From: Zancudomyces culisetae HAW-14-8
Lineage: Eukaryota; Fungi; Kickxellomycota
Direction of reading: 5' to 3'
DNA: 64,000 bases
NCBI GenBank assembly: GCA_052426225.1
Contig: JBNJNM010000011.1
Location: 3,224,001 to 3,288,000, forward strand
In this document: in pieces, positions 34,569 through 47,827 of the stretch
How positions within the stretch are numbered: position 1 is the stretch's first letter
How the letters are laid out: each line of letters starts with the position of its first letter
Made by a program: the position numbers and the translations under genes
The notes under the pieces: model-generated
The model's input: the letters and a program-made list of their open reading frames with translations, nothing else
Told to the model about the DNA's origin: nothing
Databases searched by the model: none

Positions 34569-36553
34569 ATGTTAAGATTCGAATCGTTGACACCAAGACT
34601 TAAACCCTCCAAGATCTTGAATGCCAAAGGGCTGAAGTTTTCAACAAGCACTCGAGTTTCAACCGTAAGTAGAGAGCTAGATTCACACTTTTTCTATTTT
34701 ATTGAATACACACAAAAAGATACACACTCAGGGTCTAGTGACACCGGGATTTGTATATACCTTTATATTTTGACTATGCTCGATTTAACCTTTTGACATT
34801 AATCTATAAAAGACGAATTTTTGGCATCAATCAAGTTCCCCTGATCTGATCAAAACAAAGAAAAAAGTGCTTATAATTGCTCGGTATAACAATATTGTTA
34901 TTTTAAAAATAGTCAGAGGTTTTGAAATCTAATGCACTGGGGACCAGATATATGATTCTCAACAGACCTAAGGTTTATAACTCACTGAATCGACCTATGC
35001 TTGATGAAATCACGAAGAATTTACAGGTAAAAAACGACAAATATCATTGTGGAACGGGGGGGGAGCAGCTAGACCACAAATTATTTTAGTTTAACTAACC
35101 AAATGCATTTTTAAATCGTATAGGAATGGAGCAAGTCGGAACTAGTCAACAATATTATAATTAAGGCTAACAGCAATAAATTCTATTGTGCTGGTGGAGA
35201 TGTAGTATGTAAGTGCAAAAGAGACCTCCTCCTCCTTCCCGTTAATTTAATGTATATGGCTGGATTGGAGGATCGTGTAGCCTCACAAATGTAGTTAAAT
35301 GTAAATTAAAACAAAACTCAGAAAAATATATTAAACAACGAAACTGTAGGGGCTGCCAAAAACAATACCGATCCAGCTACCATGGAATTTTTTAAAAAGG
35401 AATATCAGACAAACCATTTACTATCATCGATGACAAAGCCTGTGATCGCACTGATGAATGGAATAACAAGTAAGTAGCAGCTCCAACGTAAAATGAAGCA
35501 AATATGATCTGAACTTAACAAGTAAAACTATGGAAATGAATAGTGGGGGGAGGAGTAGGTATTTCAGTGCATGCACCATTTAGGGTAGCAACAGAGAACA
35601 CAATGCTGGCAATGCCAGAGACCAAGATAGGATTCTACACAGACGTTGGTGGGTCATTTATACTATCCAGACTTGACGAAAACCTGGGAACCTATCTAGC
35701 ACTCACAGGTGCCAGGGTTAAGGGAATTGATGCATTCTATGCAGGATTTGCTACGCATTACGTTCCATCTGAACGTCTTCCAATTCTGGAGCAAAGATTA
35801 CAAGAATTACCAAACGACAACATGGACGTGGTCAACTCAGCTATAGAAGAATTTGTTGAGGAGTCAAGCTTTGGAAAATCCGAGTATCAACACCGATACA
35901 GTTTAGCACCAGTTTTGAACTCGATAAAAGAGTGCTTCAAATTCAAAACGATGGAGGAGATTATTGAGGCTTTGAATAATGAGAAGGATAATGTTGAATG
36001 GGCAAAGGAAACCCTGGCTTTGTTGGCAAAAATGAGTCCAACATCACTAAAGGTAAACCTGGAGCTGTTGCATCTGGCAAAGAATTTAAGTATGAAAGAC
36101 TGCATGAACATGGAGTCACAATTAACCAACAAAATGCTACACAACCATGATTTTGTTGAAGGTGTTTTCGAGTTGCTAGTTAGAAAGTCAAATGCACCAA
36201 AATGGAGTCCAGCAACTCTCCCAGAAGTCTCCTTGGACCAAATCCGCACCCAATACTTTTTGAACCCAGTGAAAGAGGTAGCGTTGGAATTTTATAACGA
36301 TATCGACTTTATGGTGCACCCATATAGCAAATATACCCTGCCATCCGAACAAAAGATCCGTGCGGTGGTTACTGGTGAGGATCCAGATGCTGGAGACAAT
36401 GCATTTTCTAAGGAAGAGCTGATTAATTACTTTGCCAAGCTATATTCCGACAAAGTCGGGGTACGTGAAAAGGTATCAGATGTTATCAACAGAAATACAA
36501 TCAAGAACCCACACGACGATGTTGGAATTAGCACATTGAGCTGGAATTACTAA
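34569..36553 (+). CDS. EHD3: 3-hydroxyisobutyryl-CoA hydrolase, mitochondrial; 5 exons
   Basis: ILNRPKVYNSLN; FYCAGGDV; FFKKEYQ; GGGVGISVHAPFRVATENTMLAMPETKIGFYTDVG; DFVEGV; basic mitochondrial presequence. Confidence 0.92.
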
Positions 36554-37948
36554 GCATAGCATACCAACAATCGTTAAATATGAAAAAGCAACCAGCCTTT
36601 AATTTATTTATTCGTTTTTTTGGTTGAAAGTCCTTAGCTTGGTTTGATATCTTTACTTTGCTTTTTAGTGACTTATAACTGTTCATTTATAGGAATAAAT
36701 ATCCGTACTTCAAGCTGGATTCACTCATATCCACATATTGGTCTGGACTGGGGAATGATGTGTTTGGTGGATCTGAATAAAGCATGCTTTAACCACTTAT
36801 TGTCCTTCATATGCATTAGAGTTTGTAAACTCCGTTTTTCGTGTTTGGAACTCTGGGCTGGAACATTATAGAAAAAATAATTTCATGCAAAAAAAAAATT
36901 TTTTTTGACAAGGCAAATGTAACAGACATGAGTGTATTGCTTTTTCGCACTATGTTTCCTCTAAAAAATATTGTGCCTTTTGTAAACAAGAGCTATACAT
37001 GATCAGTTAAAGTTGAGAATATACAGCAGCACCTTTTTTGTTTAACGCTTAGCACTTAGTGCCTTTGGTAAAAGCAATAAAAAAGAGCTAGAATACACGC
37101 AACACAATCAATAGGAGGAAGCATAAATTTTGCGGTTGTTCCAATTATTCAAATGTGATTTATTTGTTTTTAAATATTACGTTGTTGATGCCCTGAAATC
37201 TGATTCTTGGTTAGTGTGGTAAATCAAATCTAGGCACACAAAAGTTCAGGATATCTATCGCACACATGTGTTTTGCATTTATATTTGACTATGCGTTCAA
37301 GAACTTGGGACCTACTGTTAGAGTACAAGAAAAAAATAGCTGACATCTAATTCGCTCGCAAATTTGGTCAACATAGCGAAATAAAGAGAGAAAATAAGAA
37401 ATGATAACATAACATGGTTTGCCAGCATTCAATTGGAGTTTGACTCGGCTCAAAACCTCTTGGTCTTCTATTTTTCAAAAGCATAAATTGATTTGATTTG
37501 TGGATAGAAAAAAAATGGCATGGCAAGTTTGAGATATGCGGAAAATTGTGCAAAGTTATCATTTAGCTTATTGCAATAATCTGTAGAATATACATTAATA
37601 TCTAGGACATTACTATCTAATTATTTTTGGAAACTGGTCACTTTTCAGTCTTATAGAGCAATAAAAACAATTAGCGGGATTCGGGTGAACAAAAAGATCC
37701 AGGATCAAGTATAGATTTTTTGTCAAAAAAAACAGTAAACTAATTTGGGCTAGATCAAGGCAAAAATTTAAACACACATCGGTCTGGTACTTGAAGCTTT
37801 AAACAATAAAAGTAGGCGCCAACAAAAAATATATATAAACAGTATAGTAAAGATACTAGAAATTTATAAAGCTTGATCAACAGATTCAATCTGTACAATC
37901 AGTAAGGAGGAAGCGAAAAAGGAACAAGGATAGGACTAGGGAAAGAAA

Positions 37949-40183
37949 ATGATGACGTATCATAAAAGCCTTGTAACAAACCGAAGCGTAGCAGCAAGCT
38001 ACAAAATTCTCAATAGACTATTAGAACTCAACACCAAGAGGGGCATATTCACTAAAATCCACAGACTTTACACCAAACAAGAGGCGAATAGTAAAAAAAT
38101 ATCAAACAACACGGAAAGGTTCGAGGCACAGAGGGACTTTTCGACTTTCAACAAAGTATACAGATGGACCAGCAAGTATTGGGGTAGCAAGTTATATGAG
38201 GGTGAATCTCAACAACCCAGCTCAAAATCTAGTAACCAGGATTTATTTAGGTATCAGGTTCAAGAAGAAGCCGTAAAGTCGGGCAGATGGAGTGATCTGG
38301 CTAAAGAGCCTACTTCTAATGATGCTGATCTTGACAGTTATGGTACCACTGTATCGCCAGCTGAGCGTTCAGAGCGTGTGTATTACTCTGAATACAACCG
38401 GGTATTGAAGCGGGGAAATAAAAATGAAATTGAAGAAAATGTAGTTCGAAAAATAGAAGAAAGATCAAAGAACAGAAAAGTAGAAACAAAGGAGCTGCAA
38501 TTGTATCTAGAGGCGCTGGAGGCTCTGGGATACAGCAAACAGCAAGCTGGAATCAAGATGGTCGGGTTGATTCAGGGGGAAGCGTTTGATGAGCAGGTAG
38601 CCAAGATTAATCAGCTTAGAAACAATGTTAGGGAACAATTTGAGCAGCTGAACGAAGAAAAACGGGAGAAAAGCGGAGAAAATGCAGAAGAACCGTTGCG
38701 GGTGATAGTACAGGAGGAAAAAAAGATGGTGGTATGGAGAACGCTGCGATGGTTGATAGGTACTCTTGTATACGGGTTTTTATTGCTTACGTTTTTGAAC
38801 TTGCTGTTGGAGAATTCAGGGATGCTGAAAACGGCCAACCAACCAAAGGAGTTTCTGGCAGGATCGTCCTCAAAGGTGACGTTTGCAGATGTACAAGGGT
38901 GCGAAGAGGCCAAATCGGACCTACAGGAGCTGGTGTCGTTTTTGAAAGATCCAAAGGAGTTTAGCCGGCTGGGTGGGAAGATGCCTCGGGGTGTGTTGCT
39001 AACAGGACCACCAGGAACCGGAAAGACAATGCTTGCCCGGGCAGTCGCAGGTGAGGCGGGTGTGCCATTTTATTTTATGAGTGGTGCGGAGTTTGACGAA
39101 ATATATGTCGGTGTAGGCAGTAAGCGGTTGCGAGAGCTGTTTGCAGCTGCACGAGAGAAGGCTCCATCGATAGTTTTTATAGATGAAATAGACGCGATTG
39201 GGTCAAAGCGCAGCCAACGCGACCAAAGCTACATGAAACAGACTCTCAATCAGCTGCTGGTCGAGCTGGACGGGTTTGACCAGAACACCGGTGTTATCTT
39301 TATTGCAGCGACAAACTTTGCTGAATCGCTAGACAAGGCATTGACTCGGCCTGGTCGTTTTGACCGCATCATTGAAGTGCCGCTACCTGATGTGCGCGGT
39401 CGGATTTCGATTCTGAAGGTCCATACCAAAAACATTCCACTCCACAAAGACGTTGATCTTAGCATTGTGGCCCGTGGTACTGTTGGCTTTTCAGGTGCTG
39501 AACTCAGCAACCTAGTCAATGTCGCAGCTATCCGTGCCAGCCGTGCAAATTCCACGTATGTCACTGCTGAAGACTTGGAATACGCCAAAGACAAGATTTT
39601 GATGGGTAGTGAGCGTACATCGGCTGTAATTACAGATGAGTCTAAACTTTCGACAGCGTACCATGAGGGTGGCCATGCACTCGTTGCATTGCTAACCCAC
39701 GGCTCCATCCCTTTGCATAAGGCCACTATTATCCCTCGCGGTTCGGCGCTCGGTGTGACTGTACAGTTGCCTGAACTCGACAAGAATTCGTTCTCATATG
39801 CCGAGTACCAGGCGATGCTTGATGTCTGTATGGGTGGTACAGTTGCCGAATCCATTATCTTTGGTCAGCCAAACGTTACCAGCGGTTGCTCATCCGACCT
39901 GCTCAAGGCAACCAGCATTGCTTCCAACATGGTTACCCGTTTCGGTATGTCTGATCTTATTGGCCACATTGCATATTCCCAAGAACACTACGAATCACTT
40001 TCACCAGAGACCAAGCTACTAGTTGACCAAGAGGTACGCCGACTTAACAATGACGCCTACAGCCGTGTGTACAAGCTGCTATCTGAAAATCGCCACATGT
40101 TAGACTCGCTGGCCAAAGCACTTGTTGAATTTGAAACCTTAGACCGTGAACAGATTATGAAGTTGTTAGAGATTAATTCTTGA
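37949..40183 (+). CDS. YME1: i-AAA mitochondrial protease (FtsH family)
   Basis: GPPGTGKT; IVFIDEID; [14 protein letters not shown]; HEGGH zinc motif; single TM segment. Confidence 0.95.
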
Positions 40184-40462
40184 TTTTATCATTATTATCA
40201 TTATTATTATCGCGTTTATATATTATTTTTCTATTTATGTACTTGGTCTTTTTGGCTGTCACCAGCATTGCTGCTATTATTAAAAACATTCTTCTATAAT
40301 GAAAAGGCAAACAAACAGGTAAAATACTAATGCTAGGCACACATGCCTGTTGGCAACTGTTATGTTTCATGACTGGTTTACTCCAGGCACTGATTCCTTT
40401 TTTGTTTTTTGTTTTTTGTTTTGAGAAGAGAAAAGTGGGAAGAGAGGGTGAAAAAGATTGTC

Positions 40463-41524
40463 TTATTTTCTGGTTTTGGACCCACCTGCCTTGTTACCCT
40501 TTTTTTTCTTTGATGAAGACGATGATGATGAGGGAGTAGAGTACTTGGATTCTAGGCGGTCAAGAAAACTATCAAACTTGTTTTTGCTTTTGTTGAGCTG
40601 GATCAATGCCTTTAACTCATCAAATCCTTGGTCCTCACCACTACCGTTCTTATTTTCCGCACTCTTTTTAACTTTTTTCAGTTTTTCATCAAGCCCCAAC
40701 TCTATTCTCAATAATTCCGCCTCTTTTGCTTCGTTTCTGGCGCGCTTTGCACGCGCTTTAGTTTCTTTGGTCGATATGGTCGATTTATAAATATCTGTGT
40801 ACCCAACCGACTTTTTGTCAATGTCGTTTCGTTCAATTGCACGATCAATTATACTCTTGTACCGGTGTTCATTGGCGTTGTCGTACTCTGAAAACATACA
40901 ATTGGCTAGGATCTCGTTCATGTCTCCATTATTTTCCAAATATGCCTTCACAACATCATTGTACTCCTCGGCAGAGCCAATATATGCCTTGGATAGCTCC
41001 TCAATTGACGCTGCGTCTACTGCACCACTGAATAAATCTCTGTAATACTCCTCCAGCTCTTCCTGATTATCAGCACCACTGCCGCTACCGTGAAAGCCTG
41101 CTGTCGTGTTGGCTGCTTCAAATTCGGTTAAATTCCCACCACAGCTATCGTATAGCCCCCGTTTCTTGTCGTCAAAAAGAACCGAATACGCGTATCCTAT
41201 TTCTTGGAATTTCACTTTTCTTTCCTCTACGCTTGCATTGTGGTTATTAGCACTAGAGCTTCCATCTTTGACACTATTATTTGAAGAGAGTATCCGATCT
41301 GGATGCCATTTCAATGCATTTATTTTGTATGCCCTTTTGATTGCATCTGTCGTCGCCGTATTTTCCAGACCTAATACCTTGTATAGCCCATACTCTTCCT
41401 CTATTATCTTGATTTGTTCTGAATGCGTATCCAAGTCTAACTTTATTTCCTTCCCGCCATCTTTTTTATTTGCACTTGCTCCTCCAGCTTGTTTTTTTGA
41501 CTTTGACCTAGTATTTGATGTCAT
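40463..41524 (-). CDS. J-domain protein, DNAJC9-like
   Basis: LYKVLGL...KWHPD...KFQEIGYAYSVL; YIGSAEEYNDVVKAYLENNGDM; FDSFLDRLESKY. Confidence 0.88.
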   Translation of the reverse strand: MTSNTRSKSKKQAGGASANKKDGGKEIKLDLDTHSEQIKIIEEEYGLYKVLGLENTATTDAIKRAYKINALKWHPDRILSSNNSVKDGSSSANNHNASVEERKVKFQEIGYAYSVLFDDKKRGLYDSCGGNLTEFEAANTTAGFHGSGSGADNQEELEEYYRDLFSGAVDAASIEELSKAYIGSAEEYNDVVKAYLENNGDMNEILANCMFSEYDNANEHRYKSIIDRAIERNDIDKKSVGYTDIYKSTISTKETKARAKRARNEAKEAELLRIELGLDEKLKKVKKSAENKNGSGEDQGFDELKALIQLNKSKNKFDSFLDRLESKYSTPSSSSSSSKKKKGNKAGGSKTRK

Positions 41525-41821
41525 TATTTTCCCTTCTTTCAAGAGTTTTTGCTGATATATGCTTTATTTTTGCTAGATTTTTACTTTATTTTTGAATATT
41601 TTAGATAGTTTTGTACGCTCAATACATATTAAATTAATCAATAGCGCTTTTTTTTTGTTATTATCTACACCAAAAATAGGCGTCAAATTAAAGTATAAAT
41701 AAAAATACCCAATAACATAACATTTATTATTTACAAAATCTCGTGGTTATTTTACACTACATTCACCTATACGCTTTCGTGCACTAGATTCTAGTTTTTC
41801 ATTTCCCTCTCTCGAACCAAG

Positions 41822-44515
41822 CTATAATAATAGGTTGTCGCAGGAACAGTCATCAGCAACATTACCCCCATAATTAAAAACTTCAACAAAGGTAACATCG
41901 TTCGCTCTAACCGCCGTGACCAACCGCTTGCCATCAAAATCAACCTGCCATATATTGCCCAGCCCGGCTGAAATGTTCCTTACGAACTTTCCTGTTTTTA
42001 GGTTCCACAACTTTATTGTCGAATCACCTCCGCTAACCACCTTGATCCCATCATGCTGGAAACATGTAATAGGCCCCGTATGCCCTTCAAGCACGCACAT
42101 CTGCTGCCCTGTCTCTGTGTCCCATACCCTCAGGGTGCTGTCTGCGCCTCCTGAAACTAAAACGTTATTTCTAAACGAAAGCAGCCCCACCAACGTAATA
42201 TGTCCCTCTAGCGTTCTCAAACAAGCGCCAGTATCTAAAGACCACTGTCTTATGTCACCGTCCATGGAACCCGAAAAGATTATTCTTCGCTCTTCGTCCA
42301 CCGCCAATGAATAAACTTTGTCTACGTGCCCTACTAGTGTCCTTAAACATTCCCCCGTGACAGTATCCCACACTCTAATTGTATTGTCGTATGAGCCCGA
42401 AATAGCCAGGGCACCCACTGATGTTACTGCCCGAACGGACTGGCTGTGGCCAACCCACACATACATAAGATAAGCATCGCCTTCCTCGTATCCTTCGTCT
42501 GAGTACGGTTCGCTTTGCATAGAGTTCTCAGTATCTGGCTCAGGAAGCTTCCAAACCCGCAATGTGCTATCTCTGCTCCCTGTCACTATTAGCGGAAACT
42601 CCGGTTCGTAGATTGCCGTAACCCCTGCTCTTCTTTGTGCTGCCGTCCTTACATCCACTGGAAGCATAATTTGCAGACACCGAACTGTGCTTGAATGACC
42701 ATGAAAGACATGTGTGCACCTACCAGTCGTGACATTCCATACTCTAACTGTTCGATCTGTAGACCCTGAAACCACCGTGTTTCCCACCAATCCAAGAGCC
42801 CATACCCCTCCTTCATGGCCCACCAACTCATTTACAACACCTGCATCGTTTATATCATATACCAATATTCGTGTATTCTCAAATCCTGCCACTACCCTGT
42901 TCCTGTCAAACTGAATACACGTAACTACATCGTTATCTCGTGTTGGAAATACTTGCTTCGTTGCACACCCGTTCTGCCACTGCTGCTCTAACATATATCT
43001 GTTCTGGTATATATTTTTGTATCGATTGACTGACTCGAGCTGGTTTTGAAATACTCCTTCTCTGTAAACATCTGTGAGACTCCCATTTGGTGGTGATGGA
43101 AGTGTACTGTCTCCTTGGCTTCTGCTGTAACTCCTCAGGGTTCTGGTATTATTACTAGATGTATATCGCTTTCCCGCTTGTGTATTTTTATCCTCATTCA
43201 CATTCACATTCGTATCTACGCCCGTACGGCACACGCAATACCTTTTACACCCCTTTTGAATATCATATTTTTCACTGATATCAGCCTTTACCCTTTGTCT
43301 CATATTTACAAACCCATCCTGAAGGAGTCTTTCTCTCCATATTGCTTTGCTTCCATTGCCCTCAATCACTTTTTGTAGTCTTGTTGATGCGCATGCTGCT
43401 CTACACAAGCTTTTAATATCCATAAATCGCATCACTTGGTTTGCTAGCTCCACTGGGAGCTCTCCTATGAAATCACGTTTTAACGCGGGAAGGGATGTAT
43501 TTACTGCAAACTGTAGCACGTCCCTGTTTGACCGTTTTAGTAAATGTGCCATCATGTAAAGTTTAAGAGTGGTTGATAGCCCCTCATATAATTCTACCAT
43601 TTCTGGAAGTTTATATACACCCATGTTTTCCTCCTCAATACTCAGCTCCTCGCTTTCCATTTTTGTTACTACCTCTCTACATTCTTCACCTTCGAAAGAG
43701 TAGCTTCCCCTTTTATTATCCATCTCACGCATATACTTCATTTCCTCTGGAAGGTTACTTCTATTTTGGAGAGATCCCCCTTTACTTTCTCCTTTACCTT
43801 TATCTCTACCTCCATCTCGATCCCTCCTACTCGCTCCCTCTGACTCAAATGAAGATTGCTCCATTCTTTGTGTTATGATATCGATACCCCTCTCATTATT
43901 TCCTGGCCTGCACTTTTTTGCTAATTCTCCTTCAGTGTTCTATATGATGTTAAAATATATTTGTTACACATTAATCAAACCTACTAAGTGTATCAGATTA
44001 CTCTGGCTTTTACAATCCTTAAGGGAAAAAACAATATGATAGTTGTTATTGAGATATTAGTATATTACCATAGCAGAACCACCATCCATGAACTCTACAA
44101 CATGCCCCCCATGTTTTGTTACAAATCTTTGTAATCCCATAGGGATCGACGTATCCGCTAATGGGAACTCCTCTCCATGCTCGCTGCTATCTGTGGGCCT
44201 GGGATTACTTATTACCACAGTGGGATACTCAGTGATTGTGGTAATAGTAGTAGTGATAGTTTTCTTGGTTCCATATACCATTTTTACTCCGTTTCCCACA
44301 TCGTATCTAGCATCCTGAGATATATCTTGTACTATCTTGCTCTGACTTTTCTTTAACACTTTATCTTCACTCTCTGGTGATATGCTTTCCAAACTGTGCA
44401 GCTTTGTATCACTGTCTATCCTTAGTTTAAACCCTCCAAAGTTCTTTTCTGTACGTTTTTCTTTTTCGTTTTCTCTTCCCGATTCTCCCTTTTCTATGCC
44501 AGTGTTATGCTTCAT
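41822..44515 (-). CDS. CDC4: SCF F-box/WD40 protein Cdc4; 2 exons, intron 43940-44068
   Basis: LKRDFIGELPVEL F-box; GHEGGVWAL, VSGSTDRTVRVW, GHSSTVRC WD repeats. ORF 44057-44533 splices in frame (ATG|gtaata...tag|AAC). Confidence 0.9.
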
Positions 44516-45944
44516 TGACGTGCTAATTTTCACATTTATTGTAAAAACCTTGTTTTAGCTGTTGTAGCTACTTTATATATATTTCAACCTCGAATACAAC
44601 AATCATTTCAAAATATAGAGGCGTGTGTTTACCTATCCATTAGTGCTACCGTTTTCTTCTCTCTGTGCTATTGCCTTAATATGCATCCAATTTACCTTTA
44701 CTTTGTTATAAATTAATAATTTACTCTCGGCCAATACCCTCCATATGTACTAAGAAATCTTTAACAAATAATCCCAAGTATTATGGTTGAAGCTGGCCTC
44801 GTTTTTAGGGGGGGGGGGGTTGTGGTGATATACTTTGTTATGCTATTGAGCGTGTATGTGGGTAGCGTATTATAAATATTTTTGAGGGTGTCATAAAATA
44901 CAGGGGCGGGTATATGAGGGTGAGGTGGTGAAGTTGCTGCTCATTAAAAGTTACAATGATTTTCAAAAACAACAACCGCAATTATCCCTTCAGATTAAGG
45001 GTATTGGATATTTGGCATTCTGAATAGTTCTCAATTGTTTTTTATTTAGAATTTGCTTTTCAGCATCCTCCTCCGCCTTCCTTACCATCTTTAGGCTTAT
45101 TATTTCCATTGTGGATTTCAATTGTTTCCACTGGACTTTGTAACAGGCCGCCTTTTTTATTTGCACGAATTAGCCTGACTTTAGTTAATAAACGGGGGAA
45201 AGTGAAAGTCGCTATAAATAAATCAAAATATAAAGAGCAGAATTAATATACGCGTCAACCAGTAAAATGAAAAGCACTTACACAAAACCGCATATGACAT
45301 AAGACTCAGGTTACCACTTGTTACCACGCTGCTGTCTCTTGTCTCACCCTGAAGGCTTTGTATCGATTTGGTTGTACATGTGAATATAGTTTAGGTGGCA
45401 TTGAAATCCCACTGATAAACACATCACACCATTACCCTATAACCACTCCCGACTGCAGCAGAAAGATACTAAGGCCAAATCAAATACCATTTTTGAACAA
45501 AGCCCAAACTCACCTTATTTGGTTAATTGCTCGTTTTTCTATGTGCCGCTTACCCTGATGTGGTACTTAAGACTGGTATAGCTTAACCACAATCGATAAC
45601 ACTCTTCGTTTTTTTCTCTGATTTATAAAAGCATAGTGTTTTGAGTTTACAGATAAAATAAGGCGAACTTTGTTTCCAATTAATCCAAAAGTGTGCTTTT
45701 AAAATAATATTTCATTGACTACACTGTATTACACTTATAATTAACTACAAACCCAAAAATAAACATTAACTAGAAAAAGACAATTATGAGAAGAGAAATC
45801 AACATATGTAATTGAAGAGCTAAACGTAAAGAACAAAAAGCTATGGCTGCAAGGGTAAAGGAATGATAGAATAAAAATGCTCAGTCAGGTTAATACCTCG
45901 ATAATTTGTTTTATCAACATGATAAACCTGAAACGTACAACTTC

Positions 45945-47827
45945 TTACAACGAGTATTTAGAAATGTGATCCAGATTTAGAGTGGATTTGGGGTTTTTGT
46001 ACAGGTGTGCTGGTGGCACTTGCTCGCTAGGAAAGTTCATTCCATAGGTACATGCAGCGTTTGTAAAACCACCTGTATTGATGACATTTGGACTCTGTAG
46101 CATCAGGCCGTTGAGGCTACCTTGTTTCAATAATAGTTGTTGGACAGCATCGGCATTTGAGCTCAGTTTGATTTCTTCGATGTTTACTGGTGATAAATCT
46201 TCTCTTTGGGAAATAACTTCGTCTAGTTTGTTTTTCAGCCTGTAGTTTGCTTCCTTAAGCTGATTATACCGTGATTTACTTGTTTCCAGTTCGATAAGTG
46301 TATCATCCACCCAGCGCAAGACTATTTATACATATAAGAGTTTTAAAAATATCCGAATAGAGTTCATCAATCATTGATTTTTTTTTTCTAAAAAAGAGAA
46401 AGAGCTGAATAAGAAGTAGCCAAAAAAAAAACATCAAACTTACATCTAGCTAGTAGTACTGGTCTAGCAAGCTCTCTTCCATCATCGCTTCTCAAATACT
46501 GTTCTGGTAACATTCTCTTCAGAATGTCGAAATTTTCTCTCATAGCATCTCTTCTTCTTTGTTCAGAAACTCTCTGCCACTGAACAGAACTGTTGACAGT
46601 ACCAGGAATGTTCTCCAACTGTGTATTAAATTCACTACTCTCATGGCTATTTTGTACATCATCAACACTGCTTCGGCCGTCTTGACATTCGGCGTCTGCT
46701 GTTGATTTAGATTTCTTTTTTTTGCGATAAATCTTATTCTCTTCGGTTTTTGGTCTGACAAACAGGATGGGTCTTCCTATTGTTGCTGCAAGTTGTCTAT
46801 CAACTCTGTGGCAACTTCCACCGGTGTTTAAAAAGTTTGGCTCTTTTATTTTTTTATTTGAGCTCATCCCTTTACCTTCAGCAACTAATCCCAGTTTGTT
46901 TATCATACTTTCACTTTTGACGCTTGTCGCTCTGTTAAAATTTAGATCAACACTAAAAGGTCTAGTTCTCTTTTTTCTTTCCGTGCTAAACGCCTTTTCA
47001 GAAACCATGTCTGCCGACCTTTTCTTGTTTGTGCCAAGTTGGTTGGTCGTTAGTGTAGATGCAGCTATTCCGTTTCCGGTTCGTTCACCACCAGTACCTC
47101 CCAATTTATTGCCTGTGCCCTTCAGGTCCTCACCAAGCTGATCTGGATTAGACATTACTCTCTTTACACCTTGTTCAGTAAAACCAACATCGATTGAGTT
47201 AGGCATCATATCAAGTCCATTGCTAGGTTGCATTTGACCCCCTATAAATAACTGGTCAATGTTGAACGAGTTGATAAAGTTGTTGACCTCTTTTTCTTTC
47301 ATTTCGCCTCCAACCATTCTGTTTAGCTGCTTTATTTCCTCCATGTTTATTCCCATGTTTAAATTGTTGGACCCGCATTCTGTAGATGAAGTCTGGCTGT
47401 GTGGCTTTGCAAAGTTTTTGATTTGACTCTCGTGCTCCAAGAGCATTGTATCCAGAGGATTCTCTTCAAACTTAAACTCAGGTGATGATCTACATTTGAA
47501 TATAAAATCGATGGTGTCCTGGCTGCTTGGGTGGTTTCGCTGACTCATTCTTCCAGAACTCTTGTTTTTATGCTTTAGCATTCGCGGTTCATCTTCGTTT
47601 ATCCTAGCATAGCTTTTCTCTGAAATCTCGTTTGTAAAGTTAATACCCATTTCATTCAGCTCATTAATATTGTATAGTTGCTCACGGTTGCTATTGAAGA
47701 TATCGAGTGGTGCATCGTCGCCGCCGTTCATTTTTATATTCTGGTTACCCTGGCATACAGCCTCGCTGAATCCCAAGTTCATTGCTGAAACGTTAATGTC
47801 GCTGTTATTGCTGGGTTGTAACTCCAT
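45945..47827 (-). CDS. bHLH(-ZIP) transcription factor; one intron at ~46323-46444; 5' end uncertain
   Basis: WQRVSEQRRRDAMRENFDILKRMLP...LARPVLLAR|FLRWVDDTLIELE followed by a coiled coil; a GTAAGT...TAG intron joins the two ORFs. Confidence 0.8.
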